This document shows positions 1 through 11,960 of a DNA stretch of 64,000 nucleotides, piece after piece. Location: positions 30,072,001-30,136,000 of the forward strand of contig CM119371.1 of the NCBI GenBank assembly GCA_051294905.1. Reading direction: 5' to 3'. The position numbers were made by a program, and so were the translations under genes. Numbering within the stretch: the first letter of the stretch is position 1; each line of letters begins with the position of its first letter. The notes below the pieces were generated by a model, which had not been told where the DNA came from, made no database searches, and was given only the letters and a program-made list of their open reading frames with translations. This DNA comes from Botryllus schlosseri (Eukaryota).

Positions 1-37
1 CAGGCAAGGGGCTTTTCATTTGCGTGGTATGCTGTAG
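1..37 (+). CDS. 3' end of a CUB-domain exon, left paralogue (cut by window start)
   Basis: Reads QARGFSFAWYAV(G)|gtaagt, matching QKVGFSFVWCAV(G)|gtaagt of the exon ending at 62882 on the minus strand; the following intron sequence is also homologous. Confidence 0.85.
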   Translation, partial: RQGAFHLRGML

Positions 38-769
38 GTAAGTTTGCATTTATTGAGCGATCCATCTCTTCACTATGGCAGAGCTGTCAAACATTCTGCC
101 CACGGGCCGGGGCCGGCCCGCAAAGCAATGCTGAGTAAATGACAATCTGCTCGGATACGCAAATAATGTATTCTACAATGCAATCGTTCGAGCTAATCCG
201 AGATAGGTAGCTGCTTCCTATATCATCATGAGAGGAACTTATACTTTACCCTGAGCTAATGTACGGTGACTTGAAACCAGAGGTGGTCACTGACGAAGTA
301 CTTCTAGTCTTTATAAATACGGGCCTGCCCTGTATTAGGAGTGGTTGCGATAATGTAAAATTTTCTGAAAGGTGGCACTGGGGTAATTAAAGGTATACTG
401 TAGAATCATAGCTCTATAGCAAGGGTTCATAAAAATTTTATGATCGCGACCCCAAGGTTTGAACATGTTTCGCGACCGCACTTCCCAAATTGTCGCGCTG
501 ATCCCTAAAGAAATAATCAGACCCTTCACCCAAACCTACTAAAGGTGTATGTGTGAACTTTGAAGCAATTATGCAGTCGTCTAACGCCGTCTTTAAACTA
601 AGAGACTCAATCAAGACTATAACAGCATATATATGTATTTTCAATTGATTTCTTTATATATCTAATCCAAGTTTAGTATAGCCTACTGCTACGAGAAATA
701 TTGCGCCACACGAATTAGAGATAACGATTTATAGTTATTCAGCCGCGCCGAGCGTGTGTGTAGGCCTAC

Positions 770-1740
770 TTGGGATGGTGTGAACATGAGGTTCAAGTTC
801 GCGTTCTGTGTGTAAACCTTGGAAATTTAGAGGTTCACGTTCACAAACGAACCTCATTAGGTTCTGCACTGTGAACCTTTTTCATATATTACAATTTTCA
901 CTTAATCATAACATCCTTGGTTAATATTTATTGCATTTCAACTGCGGGCCACTCTATGCATGGCGCTGGCAGCATAAAAATCAACACTACACAAGCATGC
1001 ACCTTAGCAATTTCAATAATTTGACCTGTTTCGGTACAAAAGTTTGCTCAAAATATCCAGCTTTCTGTTTGTGAATATTTAGTGACTCTTTGCTGCGAGC
1101 TTGACCCGCAATCTCAAAACTTCAAGAGCGAAATACACTACATGTAGGTCGGCGAATGATGCTTTTTCAACCAATCAATGAAATTGATATCGTTGTCTAA
1201 CATAAAAAATCTAGCAACATACGGGGTCGATCTCGATTTCATATGTCTATTGTATCATACAAACCAAATCTGTACGATTGGGGTGTTGGCTACTGCTGTA
1301 TAAATTGCTAATGGGGTAAAACCAGTTTTACACTCTGCTCAACATCAACGTAGCAACACTCAGACGCCGAATATATTGCCCGGTCTGGTATCGAGCGTTA
1401 AGGCGTTAGGTTATATTCCCTTGGAAGTCCTCGTCGAAATTGTTGGCAAAGCGACGGAAGACATTGATTTCATTGGATTATTATATCATATGATTGCCCC
1501 ATCTGGCGACGTTTAAAAAGTCACGATGTAGCCTACTTCAGCATTGTGGTATTATGTAGCCCGAGTCGTCGCTAGTTAGCGTGTACATAAATATATATCA
1601 CTTCACTAAAATGTTCGGTTAGAATTAGGAATATGACGTCACGTGACGTCATGAGATTCACGTTCGCGTTCACACAGAGCCTTTTAAAATGGTTCACGTT
1701 CACGCGAACCTGAATCTCTCAGAGGTTCACACCATCCCTA
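770..1740 (+). mobile_element. hAT-type MITE family A, copy 1
   Basis: TIR (T)TGGGATGGTGTGAAC...GTTCACACCATCCCTA with GTTCAC subterminal repeats; colinear with copies at 5432, 6961 and 19908; TSD not readable. Confidence 0.9.
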
Positions 1741-2281
1741 GCTGTGTAAGTACGTATAATACTGTTAGCCCTAGCGGTCACTTTCATTTTTCCGTTTAAT
1801 TGGCAATCTTGTAGTAGTGATAGACTAGGTATGTAATGTTCATCTCCGCGACCCTAGTTTGGGACCCCTTGCTCTATTTTAAAGGTATCATTTGTATCAC
1901 ATGATGCTGTCGAATCTTTATGCTGTTGCAAATATCTATGTCCTGCAATAGATGTAGCATCACAAAAGCCTGCTCTCTGCACCATGCGCATATGTCAGTT
2001 TCACGGTTTTGATGGTCCATGATAGCATATTTATGACTGATTTCCAGAACTGCTTGCTTCCTTGAGTAGTTTTGAAAATGTGACTTCTACTTTCGGTGGT
2101 TTTGGGTCGCTTCCAAAAGCACTACTTTTACTCCTACTCCAGTACAATTCTGAGCCGCCCCTTCTACATGAGTAGCCTTCTTGACTACTTCGGCCACGTC
2201 TGTCTAAAACTCATGTCTTTTCCGTGCGATAAATTTCAATGTTGCCCGTCAGTCGCGACGCATCTCAATTCCATGATGCAG

Positions 2282-2323
2282 ATAACTGGACAGTGCACAA
2301 TATTGATGAAATTATCACTATAG
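2282..2323 (+). CDS. Putative 42-bp phase 1-1 exon, left paralogue
   Basis: ctcaattccatgatgcag|(D)NWTVHNIDEIITI(G)|gtaaga; the acceptor is identical to the one before the TSP1 exon at 58528 (minus). Confidence 0.5.
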   Translation: MTGQCTILMKLSL

Positions 2324-3032
2324 GTAAGAGGGGTTTGAAGGATTCATCCCCATTGATTGATAGCCCTATGAGGGCCAAGACCACCGGTTTCTGGGGTTGA
2401 ATGTGAATATATGAACCGGTTGAATATGATTCATGATAGTAGAGTTGAGTTCTCAAAAACGTGGATTAACCGACCGCGCCAACTCGAATGATTTTCTTCT
2501 TTACGACAATATCCACAGAAGAAACGTGTTGGAGTATGACCAAGCCCCTTGTCGATATATCTTATTTATTGACGTATTCATGGTGTTTGTCGACTACTAT
2601 GGTCGTTTACACCAGGCCGATATTATTCATTATTTTCCGTAACCGCCGACTTATAGCACGGCCCACCTCTTGGCTTTTTGTAAGACACCGTTTACGCGGA
2701 TGAGGTGGCGAGGATATATCTTATTCATTTCCCTCTACTACCTGACGTACTACGCAACCAATCAATGTTTCTGACGCGTGTACGTTATTATCAAATCAAT
2801 GTTTCAGATATATTAGTTCCATGTCGTCAATGACTACGTATTCAAATAACAACATTGAATTGTGACTTGGTATATCCTAATTTTATATAGTGCGGTCCGC
2901 CAATGGATTCAAATGTCGAATGCGGCCCGCGAGCTAAAACGTTCGCCCACCCCTGGGCTACGCTATCGTCATTAATCTCCGAAAAGAGACGTTGGCGAAA
3001 ATGTTGCGAAATAAGAATCACTGTTTTTTTAG

Positions 3033-3110
3033 ATGATTCGTACCAGCACAATGACACTTATACCAATCGGACTAGATGGTTTAATTCAGGCAACACGATC
3101 GACGACGAAG
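3033..3110 (+). CDS. Putative 78-bp phase 1-1 exon
   Basis: ttttttag|(D)DSYQHNDTYTNRTRWFNSGNTIDDE(G)|gtaaca; open frame with good splice sites. Confidence 0.6.
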
Positions 3111-3156
3111 GTAACATGCTTCATCTCTGACTATAAACGAAACTGGTGCATTCTAG

Positions 3157-3237
3157 CGATTAAGCCTACCATCGCGTTGGGTACCGATAAAGCAGTCGCC
3201 ACTTCTGGTGTGATATTAGACCTTCACAACTATTCCA
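3157..3237 (+). CDS. Putative 81-bp phase 1-1 exon after a 46-bp intron
   Basis: ttctag|(A)IKPTIALGTDKAVATSGVILDLHNYS|gtaagt; phase compatible with 3033-3110. Confidence 0.5.
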
Positions 3238-3484
3238 GTAAGTGTAAATGCGCCGACTGCACGGATCCTTATGTTTATATCCCAAAGCCATCGATTTCTC
3301 GTCGCGCTGCTGACCGAATATATCGACGGTATCCAATATTTTCCATTAATACGGGGGTCACTATGTTCCGTGTACAAGATGATGTGTTACGCCATCGTGT
3401 ACGAAATGTTCAAACCGCACAGATGTCCTAAACGCAGGTCCATTTAGTTTCGATTCTCAACTAATTGTTTCGGACTATGTGTCG

Positions 3485-5102
3485 CAGAGTTGGATCAATT
3501 GTAATTTGTAATTGAGCTTAATGTAATTATTCCATTTTTTCATGTAATTGTAATTGCAGCATTTCTATTTTGTGTGATTGTAATATAATTTGATAAAAAT
3601 TTTGCTCAATTACAATTTCAATTACATTGTCATGGAAACCTGACAATCCCAACTTAAAATGATCAATTAATCAATCAATCATCTATTCATCACACCAGTG
3701 AAAGTCCGGTACGGGCCAGGATGCTGACGGGGGCCTTAATGCCTTACACAGTCGCCACCTGTAATAATTAGCCTTTACATCGGTGTTCTATGCGTGCTGC
3801 GTTGTAACTTAATAGTTCAGTCATGCTTAACTGTTTCCCATACTTCAGTAGCAACAGAAACTTTAATGAATTACAATATAGGCTAAATCGGTGATTCTCA
3901 AACTTGGGGCGTACCCCCTTGGGCGGCGTGAAAGCATCTGAAGCGGGTTGCGAAGCTCCAGTGAACTGAAATTTTTCCGCGCTTGGCGCGATTCACTTCC
4001 ATTTCATAGCTATTGCTCTGTGTATAGTCCAAATTTCGTATTAGAGAATTCTCTCGTCAACAGTCATAAACCTTCCATACCATCAAACTATATGTAAGGA
4101 TTGCTAACATTCTGGTTTCATTGTGTGATATGACGATAAGGGGGGCACGAGATATTTCACTGTCATAAAGAAGGGCGTTAGAGAACCAGTGGGCTAAACT
4201 AAATCTTAGTATTTCAAATATGGATTAACAGCAAATACAATTTTCCGAAACCTGTGCTGAACCATTTCCTACACCACGTTCCTATTTTTTCTTTTTAAAT
4301 CTCTGACCAGTACCGAGGCTTGATGCAACAATTGCAAAAAGAAATTTAAGTTTCCAATCAAGGCTTCATCAAACTCGATCACGCATTTGTAGAAATGTTA
4401 TCCCAATTTTGCATTCAATATTGGCTAAATTTACTGGGGCCAGAACCTTTTCGCACCCTAATGTTCATCAAATGCAGTCTAACAGTTTCCGAGCAAGTGA
4501 GAATGTAAATGCGAACCATAAGGGTGTATTTTGTAGTTATCAGGAGATTCTTTCCTTTGCATTTACTTTAATTGTACGCACCTTATCGGTATCATTCTTA
4601 TCGATGACGCCTTACCAATTACATTTAATTATCCTCACTCAGCGCTGAGTAGCCTAATCGTTTGATTACATTTCATTAACTGTCCTGTAGCCTATTCGCT
4701 GTTAGTCGCTCAAACTTTTGGTTGTTAACAGTCATTTGAAGCATTTTCCTGTGCTTGTAGTTTTCAGTACTCATGATTAGGAATAGTTTGAATACGTTGG
4801 AGTTTTTTTTTAATTAAAGGGTAATCTACGTATCATGAATGAAACATGAATAGCTTGAGATCGTTGCTAATTACGTCGCTACGTTTATCATAGAACACCT
4901 CTTTACCGAAACAATTACATGTTTATCAGTAATTTTAATTGTAAATATAATTGTAATTGTTACATGTTTAACAGTAATTGTAATTGTAATTTGATATTTT
5001 TAGCATTGAGTAATTGTAATTGTAATGTAATTGTAACAGGCAAGGAAGTATTTGTAATAGTAATTGTAATTGAACTGAAATATAGTAATCGATCCAACTC
5101 TG
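3485..5102. mobile_element. hAT-type non-autonomous element with GTAATT subterminal arrays
   Basis: TIR CAGAGTTGGATC/GATCCAACTCTG; perfect 8-bp TSD ATGTGTCG. Confidence 0.92.
3889..4191 (+). mobile_element. Charlie-like hAT MITE nested in 3485-5102
   Basis: Degenerate CAGTGGTTCTCAA-type ends; TSD GGCTAAAT/GGCTAAAC; similar to 9430-9736. Confidence 0.8.
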
Positions 5103-5431
5103 ATGTGTCGTGGCGTGTTCAAATCTGGAAAAGCGGCGCATTTTTCAATTTCTTCGCTGCCACGAGCCTCTAACTCCTGCCGGCAGACTTTTATGATCAA
5201 TACCTCCTTGCGCATCAAAATGACATTGGTAATTAGTAGCAGAGGTGATCACTGATCAGTTACGAAGTGTTTCCGTTCTTTCAGATTAATCAAAAGGTTA
5301 TGTATTAACTGCATCTGCTTCTACGTGAAACATTTTTATATTCAAATCTGCTTATCTTTTTAAATTCGGATCTTAAAAGCAGAAAGTACTTTTAACATGA
5401 GTTTGGACCAATTTATTAAGGCTGTCGTTAT

Positions 5432-6328
5432 TGGGGATGATGTGAACGTGAGTTTCACGTTCGCGTTCTGTGTGTGAAACTCGGAAATTTAGAGGTTCAC
5501 GTTCACAAACGAGCCTTGGTGGGTTCTGCACCGTGAACCTTTTTCATATATTACAATTTTCACGTCATTATATCATCTTTGGTTGAAATTTATTGCACTT
5601 CAACTGCGGACCACTCTATGCATGGCGCTGGCAGCATAAAAAATCAACACTAAACGAGCGTGCACCTTGACAATATCAAAAATTTTACCTGCTTTGTTAC
5701 AAAAGTTTGCTCGAAATATCCTGCTTTCTGTCCGTGAATATGTAGTGACTCTCTGCTATGAGCTTCACTCGAAATCGCACAACATCGAGAACGAAATACG
5801 CTACATGTAGGTAGTCAGTGAATGATGCTTATTCAACCAATCAATGAAGTTGATATCGTTGTCTGATGTAAAAAATCTATGAAGCATACGGGATCCATCT
5901 GAAATTCATATGTTTATTGTATCATAAAAACCAAATCCATTTATCGGGATGTTGGCTACTGCTGTATAATTTGCTAATGGGGTAAAATCCCTTTTACTCT
6001 CTGCTCAACATCAACGTAGCAAACCGCAGACGCCGAATACATTGTCCGATTTGGCCTAGACCGTTAAGGCCTAAGCTTATATTCCCTTGCAAGTCCACAT
6101 TTGATACATTTGGCGACTTTTAAAAATTCAGTATGCACTGCAGCATTGTGTCATTATGTGGCCCCAGTCGTCGATAGGTGTCGTGTACATTAATATGTAT
6201 CAAATCATTGAAATGTACGGTTAGAATTAGCAATATGAAGTCACGTCACTTTCGCGTTCACACAGAACCTTTCAAAAAGGTTCGCGTTCACACGAACCTG
6301 AACCTATCAGAGGTTCACACCGTCCCTA
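5432..6328 (+). mobile_element. hAT-type MITE family A, copy 2
   Basis: Family A TIRs; perfect 8-bp TSD GTCGTTAT. Confidence 0.93.
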
Positions 6329-6960
6329 GTCGTTATTATAAATACCACGTGAAGCAGACACTGCATCGCAGTATTTAAATATAGTCAATATATATTTGAA
6401 GATTGCACCTATTTGTAGTGTCATTATTTGCATTGCGTTCGCAAGGAAGATGCCTATTGCGAATTCGAACGCTGTCACCTCTGCTGAAAGCATGCTACCC
6501 GTCGTCCGAATTTGAAACAGTTTACTTGAGTATACTTACCAGACCTTTCATTTCCTCCTTCTACGTGGTGCAGTTTTACGTGCCTAAGTAATCGCAACTT
6601 CTACTTCTACTTCAGGGCGTTACTTGTAGGCTACTTCCATTGGTGTAGAAAAGCTGACTATAGCGCTACCACCACTGGTTAAAAATTTCTTCGTCATCCT
6701 TTTCGGATGATTCAGTTTGTTGTATTGACTCATACCTTCATAATAGGTCATAAAATTAATTTTGTTTTGTTCGACGTACATGTTGCCGAATGTAAAAAGT
6801 AGGTGCAGCATTATCCCACTTGTTTTCCGAAATAAAGTTTTACGTGTAGGCCTATATTAGGGTTGTCTGGCGTATAATTTCCAGGGTAGAAAACATGATC
6901 AGCTAGTTTGCGGATAACAGAAAGCAAAATTATATAATCCAATACAGATACGGTTGAGCG

Positions 6961-7807
6961 TAGGGATGATGTGAACGTGAGGATCACGTTCGCGTTCTGC
7001 GCGTGAACCTCGGAAATGTAGAAGTTCACGTTCACAAACGGACCTTGGTAAGCTGGCCTCGGCATAAAAAGCCAACACTAAACGAGCATGCACCTTGACA
7101 ATCTCAAAAATGTTACCTGCTTTGTTTCGAAAGTTTGCTCGAAATATTCAGCTTTCCGGTTGTGAATATTTGGTGACTCTCTGCTGTGAGCTTGGACCGG
7201 AATAATCAACATCAAGAGCGAAATACGCTACAGCAAATGAGGCTTATTCAACCAATCAATGAAATTGATATCTTTGTCTGATGTAAATAAATGTAGCAAG
7301 CGTACTGAGTCCATCTGGATTTCATATGTCTATTGTATCATAAAAACCAAATCCGTACGATCAGGCTACTGCTGTGTAACTTGTTAATGGGGTAAACCCG
7401 TCTGCACTCTGTTCAATATCAACGTAGCAACACTCAGACCCCGCATATATTGTCCGGTCTGGTCTAGCCCGTTAAGGCGTAAGCTTATATTCCCTTGCAA
7501 GTCCTCGTCGAAATTGTGGGCAAAGCGACGGAAAATATTGATTTATCGGATTATTATATCATTTGATTGCTCCGGTTGACACATTTGGCGATATTTAAAA
7601 AGTCAGTATGTACTTCAGCATTGTGGCATTATGTGGCCCGAGTCGTCGCTAGGTATTGTGTACATTATTATATATCACTTCACTGAAATGTCGGGGTGGA
7701 ATTAGGAATATGACGTCACGAGGTTCACGTTTGCGTTTACACAGAACCTTTCAAAAAGGTTCGCATTCACATGAACCTGCACCTTTCAGAGGTTCGCACC
7801 ATCCCTA
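6961..7807 (+). mobile_element. hAT-type MITE family A, copy 3 (internal deletion)
   Basis: TAGGGATGATGTGAAC...GCACCATCCCTA; colinear with the other copies but lacks about 110 bp. Confidence 0.9.
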
Positions 7808-8626
7808 GACTAGAGCCCACTGCAAAGATGAGATCAAGTTGTGTGTGCGTGTGTGTGTGTGTACAATGTACATGTAGGCTACGTACATTGATCTCGAACC
7901 CGAACGTTTGAAGTTGTACCCCATAACCCAGATTGCATGTTTATGTGATGTTGTTGATGTGTAATCTGACTCTGGTAGGTTTCGTTGCATATCATCTGCG
8001 TATAGTAGGACTATATCTTCCGACCGACCTGACTCATTCACGTATATTACTTCGACGTAACTCGCGACAGCCTGTCCTGTAGAAACAGTGACCACAACAC
8101 GACGATGTTTGTTGTAACTGTTCCAACGAAATGTAGTCTATATTGAACCAGATGTGAAATAGATTCTCTAGCAATTATATATATAAATATGAGTTTGATG
8201 ACATAAATTCAATGCGATAGAGGGTATAACGGCGGGGCGGTTGTTATCAATATTTTCGTGCGCAGTATGGGCCTACGAAGTCTTATCGGTTGTTTTATGG
8301 GAACGTGTTATATTCTGTGGATAATGCGTGGCGATTTGTCTATACGTTTACTGGATTACGATATGGCAAAATGAATATATATTGAGGTATATACCCCATG
8401 GTTGTAATGATAGCCTGGTTTGAGCTCGACAAATAGTGCGATTTTTACGTCGCGCTGACTGGTCATCAAGCACTATATATTTACGCCGGAAATACTCCCA
8501 AAATCAAACAGAAAACTGGCCCTAAGTTCGTGAACTGCGCTTCCCTCTTTAATATAGTTCCGTTAACATCGAGTAACGCACTGTGCAAATTTCTGAAAAA
8601 GGTTAAGAATCACTGCTTTTTCATAG

Positions 8627-8692
8627 ACCGTTCATACAGTGAATCATCTGGCTATCATACTTTGGAACTCGAAACCACAGATTACGGTCCTG
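8627..8692 (+). CDS. Putative 66-bp phase 1-1 exon
   Basis: ctttttcatag|(D)RSYSESSGYHTLELETTDYGP(G)|gtaagt; strong splice sites. Confidence 0.65.
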
Positions 8693-8869
8693 GTAAGTTG
8701 TTTTATCTTTACGCTGAAGTTGTTCCAGTGCTCCGAGAGTAGAGTCCATGTTTTAGTATCACGTGTACCCATAGTCTACATACCTATTTCAGCATCGAAA
8801 TGATTACGGGACATTGCATTTGCCATTACCCAGTACACATGAGCTTTGACGTCAGCGTATAACAATCAT

Positions 8870-9784
8870 TACGGTTGCATTTAGAAAAAAATTCAAACAT
8901 GTTTTAAACAGTGCCTTTGTTTAAAACATGTTTTCATTGTGTTATTTAGCAATGCCGTCACGAATTTTCAATTCATTTTTATATGGCCCCTTAAGAATTG
9001 CAATTGAAAATACATGGTCAATATAGCTTCTTTGGTGAAAAAGGCTTCCGACCCGTCTTAAACTGACCAAAACTATTTTGACCAGGACTACTTCCACATG
9101 CAGCATCAGCAATCATCACCATCAGAATACCCATTCGGTTCCAATGATATATAAATATATGCTTTAGCTATTGAACCGACGGCGACAGCGATTCCAACGC
9201 TTCCAACCATTGTATATCGTATACGTCGACTACATTTACTTCTTGGCTTGGTTGTGGTGCAAACGACCAGCGCCGTGATTTTATTATTGAATCATAACAT
9301 CTAGGACAAGACGTCAGCAGGCTCATGCTACATTTTTTTCCGAAAATATTTACACAGTTATGGCATAATTATTAATACAGTTCTGTAAATAAAATTGGTT
9401 TGAAACACCTTTTAAAACTGGTTTTAAACCAGTGGTTCCCAACCTGCGGGGCGCGCCCCCCCCTTGGGGGGGGGGGCGTGAAAGCTCAGAAGGGGGGCCC
9501 GAATTGCGCTTCGCGCAATTTACCTGCAATTCACGCGTGTTTCTCTCTCTATATATATACACCGAATTTCATATTTTTTAATTCTCTCATCAACAGTTAT
9601 AACCTTCTATGCCATCAAAAAATCTGTTGGAGTTGGTAGCATCCAGGTTGGATTTTGTGATATGACGATAAGGGGCGCGCGAAACTTTTCACTATCATAA
9701 AGGGGGGCGTGTCTAAAAAAAGGTTGGGAACCACTGTTTTAAGCAAAGTGTTTTAAAGCAATTCTTGTTTTAGATGCAACCCTG
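8870..9784. mobile_element. MITE family D (AGGGTTGCATTTAAAAC ends)
   Basis: Ends ACGGTTGCATTTAG...TTTAGATGCAACCCTG; internal similarity to 34573-35096 and 38690-43130. Confidence 0.75.
9430..9736 (+). mobile_element. Charlie-like hAT MITE nested in family D copy
   Basis: Perfect 16-bp TIR CAGTGGTTCCCAACCT; TSD TTTTAAAC/TTTTAAGC. Confidence 0.92.
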
Positions 9785-9856
9785 ATTACAGCTTCATAAA
9801 CCGACCAGCTTCATAAACCGATGTTACGAACCCCGGAGCTGTAGCCTACTTTGTAG

Positions 9857-10096
9857 GAAAGGCAGAATGTTGATAGGGATCAAGTCCGTTGGCACCAGAA
9901 TCATGCGCCGACGGCAATAATACTATAATTGTTGAAAATGCAACAATGAGCCGCTTATCCCCTCTTATCGATCTGCAGCGCCACGGCCGTAATTTGATAT
10001 CAAAAGTCACAGTAGATTATAAATGGGGTAACCTATCGCATGTTTGGCTAGGACGAACTCAACAAGGGTGGACAGAAGTTACAGCATCAGGAGAAA
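9857..10096 (+). pseudogene. Putative 240-bp phase 1-1 exon with two in-frame stops (weakly discoidin/F5-8C-like)
   Basis: tttgtag|(G)KAEC**GSSPLAPESCADG...IDLQ...VWLGRTQQGWTEVTASGE|gtaaga; TGA TAG at 9871-9876. Confidence 0.5.
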
Positions 10097-10214
10097 GTAA
10101 GATGTTTTGAATTCTATGTTCAAGTTCAAATGCCGATTTTATGAACTCCTGACCTGTAATATCTTGGTTTGAAGACATGACTCAACCCGAGTTATCGAAT
10201 TCATTTTATATCCA

Positions 10215-10605
10215 GAATTTCATAGCACCAGCAGTACACCCCTAAACGGCTTTTGACAAAACTAAACTAATGCGCACGTTAATAAATCGTCTGGTAGTTA
10301 CACAACGTGATACCAGAAACGTATATTACCCACGGAACATAGAGAAAACCTGGGAACAATTCTTTTACTACCCAAAATACCATGATATCGTCTATATCTC
10401 GGATCGAAAATTATTCATCGCTTATAACTATATCCAATATACGTGTGATTGAGACTATTGCAAAGTTCACAGAAACCTGTGAAGAGTAAAAATTACTTCG
10501 CTATAACATATATATGTAATTGTTTAATGTATATATATAGATATATATATTCCTACGACAAATCCCCGGGATATCCACGGGATGGCGATATATGGAACAA
10601 GCCAA
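10215..10605 (+). pseudogene. Degenerate coding segments with hemopexin-like YPR motifs
   Basis: YYPRNIEKTW and SPGYPRDGDIW; in-frame stops; the YPRDGDI segment matches YPLDSDI near 53345-53370 (minus) with synonymous changes. Confidence 0.45.
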
Positions 10606-10652
10606 GTGAATCGTATCTCATCAAATTCTATCCATATTCTTTGAATGAGCAG

Positions 10653-10760
10653 GTCCTAGTTTCGAGGAATCTTTGTCCGACTGTCTGCGTGTCCTCAGTC
10701 ACGAATATTGCTACGACGATTTTCTGTGTGTGTACCGATCAGCGCATGGAGAGCGGAAAG
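10653..10760 (+). CDS. 108-bp phase 1-1 Cys-containing exon, left paralogue
   Basis: gagcag|(G)PSFEESLSDCLRVLSHEYCYDDFLCVYRSAHGERK(G)|gtaacc; homologous to 53188-53289. Confidence 0.8.
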
Positions 10761-11960
10761 GTAACCTTGGTTTAAAATAGATTAGATATATACTTCTAAT
10801 CGACTTGAGTGTTGTGGCAATTCATGACGGTATTGCCGACTCACAACATACTAAGAGAGTTTAATAAATATACATCATCCTCTAAAATATAATTATATTT
10901 GAAACAAGTATTGCCAAGAAATGCACAAAACCAAAGGTATATATCAGGAGTTCTCAAAGTATGGCTCGCTATCCAAAGATGGAGTAGTAGTATCGATCGG
11001 TCTGGGTGTACGTGGGGTTCTTATGGGTGCGGCGGTGAGGTGCCGCGAAACCCAGGGTGATGATGGCACCCTTTTAGACCCCCCATGGGTGTGGTGATGA
11101 GGTGCCATGTATTCTTATGGTGGTATGATGGTACCCTTCCAGATATAGGGATTGCTCACACGGTACTTCGAAAACTCGTGTTGACATGTCGTACTTTCTG
11201 GTGCGTATAATCTCGAAATGTGACTGGGTGAAAGTTGGTAGTCATGTTTGTCAATCCTATTTCAATTCACACTATGTCAAAGTCAAAATATGTTAGGGGT
11301 ACTATATTTCTGTGACCCAAATTCAAGGCACTTTATAGCGCCCACTAGTGGATTTCGAAATGAGTTATGACCACATTGTCTGTTAATATGACGTCATACT
11401 GGCAAAGCTATGCTTATAGACCTGAAATGGTCACGATCCGGTTCAAGAGTATGTGGCTGTGTGCTGTGTGAACGGGAGCGAATCCACCTTTTTTTCAGCC
11501 CCTTCCCACCCAAATGAACAATGATTTTGGACCCATCATAGGGTATTCGACGCAACTTCTGGGGGGCTTGCTATGTGCATCTGGCCGATAATATTTTTGA
11601 ATAAATTATTACTATAATATTGTTTCTTCCCAATATTACTGCAGTTTGATCCTCTCTCTCTCACGCCCACATGATCAGAGTTAGAGTTAGCGGTTGAGCC
11701 GATGAAGGATGATGACTTCGAAAATACAGGGAGCGTAATTGTGCATCGTTAAGTCATGTTCATGTCACACCGAAAAGATTGTTCTCAGCCTTATTCCTGT
11801 GCGCACCACGTAGCTTTATAAACACCCCACGTCCAGTGGTTTCCAATCTTTTATGGTCACGACCTCATCTTTCATTTGAAATTGTGCCATGACCCAGATC
11901 ACAATTTGACGAGCGGATTACTGAAAGAAATCAGCACCTTTGCCCGGACGTACTCACTAC

